A stretch of DNA of 64,000 nt, from NCBI GenBank assembly GCA_963674825.1, contig OY771587.1:1088001-1152000 (forward strand), written 5' to 3'. Shown here piece after piece: positions 30,776 through 40,878 of this stretch; the first letter of the stretch is position 1, and the number at the start of each line of letters is the position of its first letter. Both the position numbers and the translations under genes were made by a program. Origin of the DNA: Candidatus Cloacimonadales bacterium (GTDB lineage: Bacteria; Cloacimonadota; Cloacimonadia; Cloacimonadales; JAIOQZ01). Below the pieces are notes generated by a model. The model saw only the letters and a list, made by a program, of their open reading frames with translations. It made no database searches and had not been told where the DNA came from.

Positions 30776-32079
30776 GACTTCCCTCCGATAATCCCTGTAT
30801 AATATTCCATTTGCATTCGATAAATGTTCAACTGCGCATGAAGCGCATCCAATCGCAACTGCGATTCGGTCAGTCGTTCTTCCGCGTCGCGGACATCGAG
30901 GATGGTTGCATTGCCTTCGTTCATGAGATTCTCAGCGTGCCGCACCTCGAGTTCGCGCTGGCGCGTCAGTTCATCCTGTAATGTCATTTGCTCTTCAACC
31001 GATCGCATCTGCTCCCAGGTCTGCGTCACTTCGCGTACGATCTGGTTTATAATAGCGCTCTCCTCCAGCTCCAACTTTTCGGTCTTGTGAATCGATTGCT
31101 TTCTGCGGTTCGCCGATTCCATCCAGTCCCAAACCTGCCATTGCATCTGCACCCCAAGCCGATAGTAATCGTCCCACTCGGGATCGATCATCTGCACACC
31201 CGGAACACCGTAATGATACTCCGCCTGCGCGTAAACCTGCGGGTAGAACACCGATTCGGCGATGCGGGTCGTTAGCTTCTGCTTTCGGATATTCTCGCGA
31301 TTCATGCTGAGCTCGACGCGGTTATCCAACGCTATCGAGCGATAATCATCCAGCGTTTGAAGGGGCTGAGAACTCTGCTGTTCGAAAACTAACTCGAACG
31401 GTTCGTCCGTCGCCATCACCTCCGCGAGCTGCGCCTTGGCTATACGGAACTGGTGCTCTGCCGACATCCTCATGGTGCGCAGCTCCAGCACTCGGTTGGC
31501 GATCTCGAGCGTGTCCAGTGTGGTGACCTGTCCCGCATCCAGTAGATACAGAATGCGGTCTTTTTGCAGATTGGCGCGCCGGATTCCATCGTCGATGATC
31601 TCGACTTGGTGCATCAGCGCTTCACACTGGTAATAGTAGGCTGCGATTTGCAAGCGTAGCGCGTTTTCCGCCATAATCGCGGCCTGTCCGGCAATGCGCT
31701 GATCCGCCTGAGCTCGTTTCATGTCGTTCAGCAACCTGAAACCGGTAAAGACTGGCTGTGTGAGCTTAGCATTAAAGTCCCAGTTGTCGTGCTGACCCAC
31801 CTGAATCGGATCCATGGTCAGACCCAGAGGAAGCTTATTGAAACTGATCTCCGCCAGTTCGCTGTTGTAGTAATAGATTCCGTTCACGGTGAGTTTGGGC
31901 AGCAATTCACCGAACTTGATTTTCTGCTCCGTATCTGCGATCCGGCTTACCAGATCACGCTGCCCCAGCATGGGGTTATTCTCCAACCCAATCTGCCAGG
32001 CACGTTCGAGATTGATGCTTTCCGCGCCGAGGCTTCCGATTAAAAGCGCAATACATATCGTCCAAAATCTTTTCATCAC
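30772..32079 (-). CDS. TolC family outer-membrane efflux protein
   Basis: Signal peptide; LENNP.L, LTQPVFTGFR, two OEP repeats. Confidence 0.88.
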   Translation of the reverse strand: MMKRFWTICIALLIGSLGAESINLERAWQIGLENNPMLGQRDLVSRIADTEQKIKFGELLPKLTVNGIYYYNSELAEISFNKLPLGLTMDPIQVGQHDNWDFNAKLTQPVFTGFRLLNDMKRAQADQRIAGQAAIMAENALRLQIAAYYYQCEALMHQVEIIDDGIRRANLQKDRILYLLDAGQVTTLDTLEIANRVLELRTMRMSAEHQFRIAKAQLAEVMATDEPFELVFEQQSSQPLQTLDDYRSIALDNRVELSMNRENIRKQKLTTRIAESVFYPQVYAQAEYHYGVPGVQMIDPEWDDYYRLGVQMQWQVWDWMESANRRKQSIHKTEKLELEESAIINQIVREVTQTWEQMRSVEEQMTLQDELTRQRELEVRHAENLMNEGNATILDVRDAEERLTESQLRLDALHAQLNIYRMQMEYYTGIIGGKS

Positions 32080-32696
32080 ACCTCCCGGGGCCTTGCGATT
32101 CCATTCCAGACCAAGTCAATGATCGCCTCTTTACGAGCCTCTACAAACTCTTTCGAAAGCACTTTGAGCCCTTCGACCTTGTTTTCGAGGATTGGCCGTG
32201 CGGCAAACGGGAAGATGCACAAAGCGATCAGGCTGATAAACAGATGAATCGGATCGATATCCTGGATCTCGCCACGCTCAACTGCCCGTCGTACTGCCGT
32301 GATCACCGGAATTTCGTTCATCTCCCACTTCTTCATAATCCTGTTAATCAGGTCGTTGACCTTTCCTGAGCCATGCCCGAGTTCCCAGATCATGAACCGT
32401 GTCACATAAGGTTTCTTGGAAATCGAGTTAAGATAAACCGTGACAAAGTTTTCCAGGTAACTGCGGAAATCCGTATCCACAGATATATCCCGGAATAATC
32501 CTGAAAAAAAGTCGTGCATCACGCGCTCGAAAACCATCTGAAAAAGGTGATCCTTACTGCGGAAGTAATAGTGCAGCAAAGCCTTATTGATACCGGCCTT
32601 CTCTGCGATGACATTCATTCTCGCACCATCGTAACCTTCCTTGACAAAGACACTTGATGCCGCTTTGAGGATGGTCGTTTCAATATCCTTGGTCAT
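32076..32696 (-). CDS. TetR/AcrR family regulator
   Basis: ILKAASSVFVKEGYDGARM..IAEKAGINKALLHYYFRSKDHLF. Confidence 0.92.
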   Translation of the reverse strand: MTKDIETTILKAASSVFVKEGYDGARMNVIAEKAGINKALLHYYFRSKDHLFQMVFERVMHDFFSGLFRDISVDTDFRSYLENFVTVYLNSISKKPYVTRFMIWELGHGSGKVNDLINRIMKKWEMNEIPVITAVRRAVERGEIQDIDPIHLFISLIALCIFPFAARPILENKVEGLKVLSKEFVEARKEAIIDLVWNGIARPREV

Positions 32697-32732
32697 GTTC
32701 AACTCCTATCGCTATGTCATTTGACTCTTCAA

Positions 32733-32781
32733 TTAAACCAATCACTTTAACCATATAGTCAAATTTAACCGGATGGTCAAT
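32733..32781. promoter_or_regulatory. Tandem palindromic TetR-type operators upstream of the efflux operon
   Basis: TTTAACC-atat-AGTCAAA (32746-32763) and TTTAACC-ggat-GGTCAAT (32764-32781), plus TTAAA-N8-TTTAA (32733-32750); they overlap TTGAC(C/T) -35-like hexamers on the minus strand. Confidence 0.6.
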
Positions 32782-32866
32782 ACTGGCAAGTTTTTTCTGA
32801 TTGTCTCGTCCTGAAATTGTTGACCGTTTGGGCTAAGGAGGCACTATATTGGGGTTTCTTGAGCAG

Positions 32867-32895
32867 AAAAAAAGCCTGCCCCGAGTCGTGCAGGC
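32867..32895 (-). terminator. Probable terminator of the FG-GAP gene
   Basis: A7 then GCCTGC...GCAGGC stem on +, giving a hairpin plus U-tract on -. Confidence 0.55.
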
Positions 32896-33002
32896 CGGTT
32901 GACTTCCTTCGATTCTACTTCGCTCCCTTCCACACATACATCTCTTGTTGTCGTTGAGTTATATGAGTTTGTGAAAAGCCGAATTGCCTGGAGTTTGAGT
33001 GA

Positions 33003-35941
33003 TCAATTACAAGCCGGTTCACTTCCTATCCTGATGGGTAAAGGTTCGGGAAACGGGCTGCCTGCAGTCACTCTGTAAAACTTGGAACAAGAAGAAGTAC
33101 TCAAATCACTCCAGGATGTCGTGTTCAAATTCACGGCTTCCACTGCCCAACCATCAGGAAATTCGGCATTTGGATCGTTTGAACTATATACAGTATAAAT
33201 GACACCTCTGGAATTATACGGTACTGAATCCCAGGAGATCGTTACACTTGCATCGTTGCGGGTAATCGTTACATTCTGTGGCGGCATCAACGTAATAAAC
33301 TGCTGAATCGCAGACCAATCGGACTCAGCGAGTTCATTATCGACCGTTTTCACCCTGTAGTAATATCGATATCCTGCAAGGAGGTTGCTTTCAATCTGGA
33401 TATACGGCTGTCCAAATACAGTTATGACCGAATAAACAGGGGCGACAAACGTGTCGGTCGTATCCACCTCGACACAGTACTTCAAATGATCGGAATCATC
33501 GCTAAAATCCGGGTCGGAAGCATTACCCCAGGAAAGGATCGGCGTTAAGCTGTAAACAGCCTCGTCATTTGCCGGCGAAAAACCGCTTATAGGCGCATCA
33601 GGAGCCGTGTTGATCATGTTGAAGAAGAAATGAGCCGTGCCATCGGTAAAAACCGATGTCCAGCCATTTGAATAATTAGGTTTCATGCGCCAGTAATAAA
33701 CCGTATCGTCTGCAAGATTACCATAATCGGGCAATGTATTCAATCTCACCCCAGCGTAAAGTTCCGTAATCCGGGGATTGGGAGGAAGAACATTGTCATC
33801 TACTTCGGGACTGGAGAAATCGGGATTATCATCAATCTGTACCTGATAATCGGCTATAACGTCGAGGCTGTTGGCTTCCCAGAGCAGGGTTCCGGTGGGT
33901 CGCTGTTCATCAGCATTAATCAGACAAGGGTATAGAACCGGATTGGATACCTGCTCGGAGGCAAAGGGAGAACCGGCAAAACAATTATCAATAGCCTGCA
34001 CACTCCAATAATAAACCACAGAAGATGTCTGAAACGGATAGGTTACGTCAAATGTCCATTCGGTGTTATGGTTCTGACTGCCCAAACGGGGTACTTTCCG
34101 CCAGCCGTCGCTCTGCGCCATGGATGAGAATATCTCATCACCGCCGGATGTTGAACCGACCCGTAAGTTATAGGTCAATCCCGAGGATGGGGTTTCATCA
34201 TCCGTGGCGGCATTCCAACTGAAGGCAAGGGAGTTCTTTGTGAAGTTTGCCGTCAAACCGGTCGGAGAAGTGGGGACGGTATTGGCAATGGCAGCATTAT
34301 TTCTATAGATACTGGTAATATCATACCCTGCCAACAGAATATCCAAGTCGCCATCATTATCATAATCACCCCAGGCAACGGAACCATTTACGAGACCCGT
34401 CAAATTGATGCCGGTTTGTTCTGTAAAGGTGCCGTCTCCATTTTTTTTTAGATTTTGGTAGTGGGGCTGGAGCCGTATCCCGATAGAAGAATATCCAGGT
34501 CGCCATCGTTGTCGTAATCGCCCCAGGCGACACTACAATTCGTTACTCCAACCAGCCCGGCATTGATATCCGTAAAAGTATCATCGCCGTCATTGCGATA
34601 GACCTTGCTGATTGTGTGCCAAGAACCATCATAATATATTCCCGCCAACAGAATATCCAGATCGCCGTCGTTGTCATAATCACCCCAGGCGACGCTGCAA
34701 AAACCAACACCCTGCAGCCCTGCATCGATGTCCGTAAAAGTATCATTTCCATCATTGCGATAGATTCTGGAAATATATACTCCGTAGGGTAACCCGGTGG
34801 CAAGAAGGATATCCTGATCACCATCGTTGTCATAATCACCCCAGGCAACAGAACCATCGCAAATGCCAGGTAACCCGGCATTAATGGCGGTAAAAGTATC
34901 ATTGCCGTCATTGCGGTAGACTTCGCTGAGGTAGTTGCCGGCAACATTACTTCCCGCTAATAGAATATCCAGGTCGCCATCGTTGTCATAATCGCCCCAG
35001 GCGACGCTATTATACTCTACTCCAACCAGCCCAGCATTGATGTCTGTAAAAGTATCATTGCCGTCATTGCGATAGACTTCGCTGAGTCGGCCGCCGGGAA
35101 TACTCCCTCCCGTCAATAGAATATCCAGGTCGCCATCGTTGTCATAGTCTCCCCAGGCAACATCATTACCCGAAGAAACATCCACTAAATTGTCGGCAAT
35201 TTCGGTAAACAGATGCAAGGGGGCGCCGTCCGTCAAGACGGTACCATCCGTATCGCCATGAAGGTTATTGTCGGTGTAGTCCAGGATATCGTCTGCGCCG
35301 TCGCCGTTTATGCCCAAATCTTCCAGGACATCCAAGCGCCAATAGCCAATCAGACCATTCTCTGAACCGGTTAATGGATCCCAAATGGCAGATTGGATTT
35401 CCACCTGAGAGCGAGCATAATTCCAGATGCGTACTTCATCCATTTTACCGTTATGGGGAAAACTTCCATTACCTCTTAAGCCTAAACGGAAATCGCTGTC
35501 AGAGTGGACGATCGCTGTCGTCAATGGGTTTGAGCCATTATTTACTGCCCCCATATCGTTGCCGTTTATATATATCTGACCAAGGGATTGACTGGGATCA
35601 TATACACAAGCCACATGTACCCATGAGCCTGGAGTAAAGGCTTCGGCGGGGGTATCGATCCACACGCTGGTGGTGGGAATGAAGCGGATACCATTAGAGG
35701 TGCTGCCACCTAAATGGATTTCCAATTCTTCGCTGCTTTTTGCCGTCAGGAAATCTACATCGGTGCCGCTACCGTCCCAATAAAACCATAACTCGATGGT
35801 TACGGCAGCTACATCAAACAGGTCATCGTCGGGAATGCTGGCATAATCGGTTATCCCGTTAAATTCCAATGCGTTATTACCATACAAGTTGAGAGTAAAA
35901 AACATGAGGAAAATGAAAATGATGATCCCGGCTGTTTTCAT
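33003..35941 (-). pseudogene. Frameshifted LamG + FG-GAP/VCBS repeat + Fn3 secreted protein (split into 34448-35941 and 33003-34403)
   Basis: The AWGDYDNDGDLDILL repeats continue across the two ORFs. The junction reads ATC TAAAAAAAAAT GGA GAC GGC on -, one base short of I-Y-K-K-N-G-D-G. Confidence 0.75.
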
Positions 35942-36063
35942 TTTTTTCTCCTTTGCATCGCACGCAGTTTATACATGATCTGATCAGATTTTATAAGGTA
36001 TATACCTTTTCTGTCAATATCATTCTATCTCACAAGTCCGTCGGTGCTTGGGCAGAAATCCAA

Positions 36064-36099
36064 GCGTCCGTAAAGCTCTGCCAAGGGGGCATTTAATAG
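36064..36099 (+). repeat. Left copy of a degenerate direct repeat bounding the RiPP island
   Basis: GCGTCCGTAAAGCTCTGCCAAGGGGG-CATTTAATAG versus 43152-43190 GCATCTGTAAACTTCTGCCAAGGGGG-tgt-CATTTTATAG (22/26, then 9/10 identical). Confidence 0.55.
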
Positions 36100-36317
36100 G
36101 CAACCAGGAATTGGGTCGCACAGAAGGAGACTAACTCTAAATATACGTGGTCGTGGATGCGAATGGTTATCCGGTCTGCATTCTTGTTACGTCAGGTGCC
36201 AGAATGAGCGGAAAGGAATCGCGACACGATACGCCGAGAACGTATCGTCGTACATTGCAGCGGTAAAGATTCGATGCCTCTTCTTCTGGCTCAATATCTC
36301 GTGACGACACTCTTTAG
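36099..36317 (+). mobile_element. Degenerate, internally deleted IS5-family (IS427-like) transposase remnant with right end
   Basis: Fragments translate GNQELGRTEG / VVVDANGYPVCILVTSG and RKGIATRYAENVSSYIAAVKIRCLFFWLNIS*, followed by end-like TGACGACACTCTTTAG. Confidence 0.75.
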
Positions 36318-36326
36318 AAGTCATTC

Positions 36327-38339
36327 CTATATTGCAAGAACTGCTCGTATCTTGAGATAAAGCGTTTTATGATCGAGTTCCCAAGTATCATCATATCGAT
36401 CTGCTCCTGAGTTATACCCAGCATAGACAGTGACCTGATTATATACTTGCCAGGAAGCGTTGAAATAGACCCCGTAGTGACCCTTATATCTGCCTATTGA
36501 GTAGTTGTGATATCTCAATCCTGATGTGAAAAACAATGTTGAGAATAAATAATACGTAACATCAGAATTTGCTACATCATAGCTTGGATCGATACTCTGT
36601 GTTTCATCCTCAGAGATATCGTAGTATTTCTTCCTTGTCCAGGATGCACTCAAGCTGAAATCGGACCATAAATGTATTGAAGAAGCAACGTTGATGCTTG
36701 CCCATGGCTTAACCTGAGCAAGCCTATAAACCAATTCCTTTCCGCTGGATCCAGTCATCGCTATACGATCATTCACCCGAAACGTGTAGTTTAAGTTATA
36801 GTAAGCTGTGTACTGGGAATACAGTTCGTCCAGATAGTCTTCCTGGCTATTCGTATAGAAAATGTTATGTGAATAATGCTGTGAGTGTTCAATGCCGAAC
36901 TTACCACCATAATTGCTCGTTCGCAGTGAATTGGTATTGTTATAGTATGTTGCATTCACCCAGACACTTGTACTGGTTGTTTCGATTATCCCCTTGCTTT
37001 CTTTCTCGTAGGATAATTCCGCGTCATATCCAGAGTAATTCGTTTCGTAGATTCGTCCCAGTGAACTTACAAAATCGCGACCAATATAATATCCATCAAG
37101 AGACAGAGAGAAATCTCCAGCCCGTTGATAATATGAAGCTTCGGAATACAGGTCGAGCAACACGTCATTATCATCGTGTTGATAGCGCGATAAATAGCCA
37201 TCGATCGTCAGCCATTTTGTCGGAGATATATACCAGGTAGGTTTAAACTGCAGCACTTCATTATCTTCATCGTCCTGCATATTTGCTATAATGCTCGAGT
37301 GTAAATTGACTGACTTATACTTCGAAAGAAATGATGCCAGAAATACTTTACCGACCGAGTCCTCAATATCGTCATCGTCCTGTGCAACCAATATTCCATA
37401 GTTGTATGATGCGGAGCTATTGATATATTTCAGGGCCGCTACGGGTTGTAGGATAGTACGGCTATAATATACGGATGTGTCGATATCGAAAATACTGAGA
37501 TCGCTTACAAAGAAGTAGCGGTTTTCTTCATAGTAGGGGTTATATTCGAGGTTGAAGATATCCTGCTCACTGTCAGGAGGGATGTCAGAATAATCGGGGT
37601 TAACAGTAGCATTCAATGTCATATTCGGCTTGGGATGAAAGCAGAAATCAATCCCAAAGCTATTTTCATCCAAATCATTTTCTTCGCGCATCAAATCATA
37701 TTTATCAACGGCATACGGAAGTACTTGCCAATTCATCTGAGACGGGAGTTTCTCATCAATCACAATGGAGGCACCACTTTTAAAATAGTCTTTTTCCATG
37801 CTGATTGGCGCATAAGGAAACGAATACGCTTCTTTCAGCGTCTGATAATATCTCGTGAGAATAATTTGCCATTGATAAGGTGGAGAACCGCTATAACGAA
37901 GGTCTTTACATGGTATTCTCATTGTGCAATTCCAGGTCGAATCGCTGATGGTCGATTCGTACGTGTACTGACTGTCCCATTCTGTCGAAGAGCTCAAATC
38001 GCTGTTTCGAATACCATCATAATAGGATCCCGCAGGAAAAGCATAGAAGAAGTATGCATAGTAGTCTGATGGAGACGTGATGATTTGAACACGTGCATAA
38101 TCGGATGCAGCCCAACGGTCATCAGCAGTAAATGTACCGGGGCAAAATGTGGAATCGATTTCCATCACCCATTGAAATACTAGCGTTGCATCTTCGTACC
38201 TGACAGAGCATTTTGTTGCTTGAAATGCAGGCACCTGATCATCAGGAGAAACACGCAGGAATTGCTCTGTGTTTGCAATGAGTGCCCAAGCTGTTGAGCC
38301 AATAAGCAAGAACAACATGATTATCAAAACAGATTTCAT
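36327..38339 (-). CDS. DUF5916-like outer-membrane protein with an N-terminal CBM9/DOMON-like domain
   Basis: Signal peptide; W...MRIP..LRY; LNATVNPDYSDI..D...EENRYFF and YYSRTI motifs; C-terminal amphipathic strands ending LYLKIRAVLAI. Confidence 0.7.
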   Translation of the reverse strand: MKSVLIIMLFLLIGSTAWALIANTEQFLRVSPDDQVPAFQATKCSVRYEDATLVFQWVMEIDSTFCPGTFTADDRWAASDYARVQIITSPSDYYAYFFYAFPAGSYYDGIRNSDLSSSTEWDSQYTYESTISDSTWNCTMRIPCKDLRYSGSPPYQWQIILTRYYQTLKEAYSFPYAPISMEKDYFKSGASIVIDEKLPSQMNWQVLPYAVDKYDLMREENDLDENSFGIDFCFHPKPNMTLNATVNPDYSDIPPDSEQDIFNLEYNPYYEENRYFFVSDLSIFDIDTSVYYSRTILQPVAALKYINSSASYNYGILVAQDDDDIEDSVGKVFLASFLSKYKSVNLHSSIIANMQDDEDNEVLQFKPTWYISPTKWLTIDGYLSRYQHDDNDVLLDLYSEASYYQRAGDFSLSLDGYYIGRDFVSSLGRIYETNYSGYDAELSYEKESKGIIETTSTSVWVNATYYNNTNSLRTSNYGGKFGIEHSQHYSHNIFYTNSQEDYLDELYSQYTAYYNLNYTFRVNDRIAMTGSSGKELVYRLAQVKPWASINVASSIHLWSDFSLSASWTRKKYYDISEDETQSIDPSYDVANSDVTYYLFSTLFFTSGLRYHNYSIGRYKGHYGVYFNASWQVYNQVTVYAGYNSGADRYDDTWELDHKTLYLKIRAVLAI

Positions 38340-38349
38340 ATTAACTCCG

Positions 38350-39141
38350 TCAAGAAGTTGCGCTTTTGTAGTATCTTAACATAAAGCGTGTCGCACTGTA
38401 GGCAAGCGTAAGAAAAATGGCGCAACACAGGCATGCTGTTAGCAAAACAGACCTTGTCATCCCCTGTTTCAACGCAAGTAAAGGGAAGTTGCCGATAATG
38501 AGAACCGGAATGATATAGGTGAACAACCATTTTATCGCAGGCTGGGCGAAGATAACTCCAGGGAATGTTGAAAGAGTGAAAAAGGAAGTAAAAAGCGAAG
38601 TAAACGCGTCAAATTTGATGAAGATGATCGCGCCAAGATACAAAATGATGTGAAATGAAGTGAAGATCAAGAGAGCAAGTAGCAGCACGAGCAGATAGGT
38701 TGTTATATGCAGAAAATCAACGTGTATCTGAAACTGCTGCACAATGATAATGAAAAGCACGATATCGATCAGGAGTCTGCCGAGAGCCTTGAATCCCATT
38801 ATACTGCAGAACATCTGGAAATGCAGGTGGAGTGGCTTGATCAATAAATGATCCAATGTTCCATACTGCACTCTTTGAGGTAACTGAGAAATGTTTGAGC
38901 TGAAAAAGAGACCGTAGAAATCGTTGACCGTCTTGACTGTCAACACCAATATATAAAGGTCAAACAATGGAATACCCAGGCTTGATTTTATCTGAAAATA
39001 GAGAATCCGATAAAATACAAGCCCCAGAACCAATCCTACAATATCGAGTACCTGATCAAGAATGAAGTCCTTCGAGAAAAACATCATCCTTTTCCATCCA
39101 AGGCGATTCACCTGTAAGTAATATACAAAATGCCGGATCAT
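38350..39141 (-). CDS. ABC-2 family permease (DUF990/ABC2_membrane_6-like)
   Basis: VQYGTLDHLLIKP, FTYIIP, ending RYYKSATS; ATGA overlap with the upstream permease. Confidence 0.85.
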   Translation of the reverse strand: MIRHFVYYLQVNRLGWKRMMFFSKDFILDQVLDIVGLVLGLVFYRILYFQIKSSLGIPLFDLYILVLTVKTVNDFYGLFFSSNISQLPQRVQYGTLDHLLIKPLHLHFQMFCSIMGFKALGRLLIDIVLFIIIVQQFQIHVDFLHITTYLLVLLLALLIFTSFHIILYLGAIIFIKFDAFTSLFTSFFTLSTFPGVIFAQPAIKWLFTYIIPVLIIGNFPLLALKQGMTRSVLLTACLCCAIFLTLAYSATRFMLRYYKSATS

Positions 39142-39932
39142 CCTGTAGCCTCGTATTTCATTATTCCTTTTCTCCACGTGGTCGTAAGTGCAATCCACAC
39201 CACCAGTACCCAGAGCACTGCTTGTGATAGTAAAATGAGAAAATCTGGCCACGGCATGCTTCTGGTTAGAATACGGGCAGGATAGTAAACCAGATACGCT
39301 GGCGGCAAGCTTAGTAAAATAGTTCGGCAAACACCCGGAAAGATATCCAGCGGGAGAATGCTGCCCGTCATGAATGGCAAAAGTATGCTCAGCAGATTTT
39401 CAACAAACCGAATCTCAAGAAAAAAGAAAGCCAGAATCGACAGCCAGAAGATCAGAAGAAATGAGAGGATTGCCGCAACTACGCTCAATACAAGAAACTG
39501 AATCAAGCTTATGAAATCGATTGGAACCAAGAAGCTACCACGCACAACTACGTATGTTGCGTAGGTGATGATAATCGCAACGGATATAGATATGCTCTTT
39601 AGCGTATAATATACAGTGAAATTATGCCAGAAGTAACGATACGGCTTCAGTAAATGATTATTCAAGCCTCCATTTTTGATATCGTTTTTAATATCCCACC
39701 AGGTTGTGATCGAGAATGCCTCGCTCGTCACTCTTGCCAACAGAAAATAAGCAAGCAGTGATGAGAGCTCCCAAGAGCCAAGAGAAGAGCCATTCTGGTA
39801 AACAAAACGAACTAGCAGTAACTGTCCTAACAAGGGAATCAGGACAACGAGGAAGCTCAAGATGAAGTTTGTCCGATACGCCATGCCCTCTTTCAGGGTT
39901 TGTCTGGCCAGTCCATAGTAGTAGTTATTCAT
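39138..39932 (-). CDS. ABC-2 family permease (DUF990/ABC2_membrane_6-like)
   Basis: MAYRTNF, DIKNGGL..HLLKP, GSILPLDIFP, WRKGIMKYEATG. Confidence 0.85.
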   Translation of the reverse strand: MNNYYYGLARQTLKEGMAYRTNFILSFLVVLIPLLGQLLLVRFVYQNGSSLGSWELSSLLAYFLLARVTSEAFSITTWWDIKNDIKNGGLNNHLLKPYRYFWHNFTVYYTLKSISISVAIIITYATYVVVRGSFLVPIDFISLIQFLVLSVVAAILSFLLIFWLSILAFFFLEIRFVENLLSILLPFMTGSILPLDIFPGVCRTILLSLPPAYLVYYPARILTRSMPWPDFLILLSQAVLWVLVVWIALTTTWRKGIMKYEATG

Positions 39933-40878
39933 GACTCAAAATCTCGACAATGATATCTTCATTATCCTTTTTCTCGACCTTGAAATCGACAATGGCATGT
40001 TTGCCGACAATATCACAAATCGTAGGACTTGATGCATCTCCATCGAAATCCAGAACAACCATATTACCCGCAACGCGACCGTTATAGTCGGAAGCAATTT
40101 TCTGAGCTGTCATATGGGAGTCTGTGTGCAGAACAACCTTTTCATGGCTGTGTTTCTCGAGCAGATAGGCTGTGTCTCCTTGATAAAGAATCTTTCCCTT
40201 GTGCATGACAAGGCATGTATCGCAGCAATCCAGAATGTCCTTAACATTGTGGCTGCAGATAATAAAGCAGATTCCAAATTCCTCATGGCAGAAGTTTATA
40301 AACTTACGCAGGGAATCACGCGAAATTACATCAAGACCAGAGGTCGGTTCATCTAAGAACACTATCCGAGGCAGATGTATAAAGCTGTAGAGCAATTCCA
40401 TCTTTGTTCGTTGCCCAAGTGACATATTTCTCAGTGGTTGATGGATTTCATTAGTGATGTTCAGCGCTTCGCTGAAAATCCCGAGACGACGAACGAACTC
40501 TTCTTTACTGTATCCGTAAATGTGTCGTGACAGCTCGATGCTGTCGATCGCAGGAATATCCCAGATCAGTTGTCCTCTACCTCCCTGAAACAGGCCAATA
40601 TTCATTTTAAAATCTGTGACCAATTTCTGAGGAATAGAATCGAGAACCCGGATTGATCCCGCTGATGGATGCAGTATCCCGGTCAGCATCTTGATCAGCG
40701 TGGTCTTTCCTGCACCATTCTTGCCAAAAACACCAAGGTTTTTCTCAGCATTATGCGTAAAAGATATATCCGAGACAGCCTCAATCAATTTATATGTTGG
40801 CTTCCAGAATGATGATGATGTTTTTACTTTATAGACCTTGCTTAGAGCCTTTACTTCGATTGCGCTTGAACTTTCCAT
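39925..40878 (-). CDS. ABC transporter ATP-binding protein
   Basis: GKNGAGKTT, MSLGQR signature, FLDEPTSGLD; overlaps the rSAM stop. Confidence 0.92.
   Translation of the reverse strand: MESSSAIEVKALSKVYKVKTSSSFWKPTYKLIEAVSDISFTHNAEKNLGVFGKNGAGKTTLIKMLTGILHPSAGSIRVLDSIPQKLVTDFKMNIGLFQGGRGQLIWDIPAIDSIELSRHIYGYSKEEFVRRLGIFSEALNITNEIHQPLRNMSLGQRTKMELLYSFIHLPRIVFLDEPTSGLDVISRDSLRKFINFCHEEFGICFIICSHNVKDILDCCDTCLVMHKGKILYQGDTAYLLEKHSHEKVVLHTDSHMTAQKIASDYNGRVAGNMVVLDFDGDASSPTICDIVGKHAIVDFKVEKKDNEDIIVEILSHE

Noticed and set aside
34441..34449. Phase-variable homopolymer
   Set aside because: A TAA stop persists at any A-run length.
34340..35160. Regularly spaced DNA repeats resembling an array
   Set aside because: They encode FG-GAP (AWGDYDNDGDLD) protein repeats, not CRISPR.
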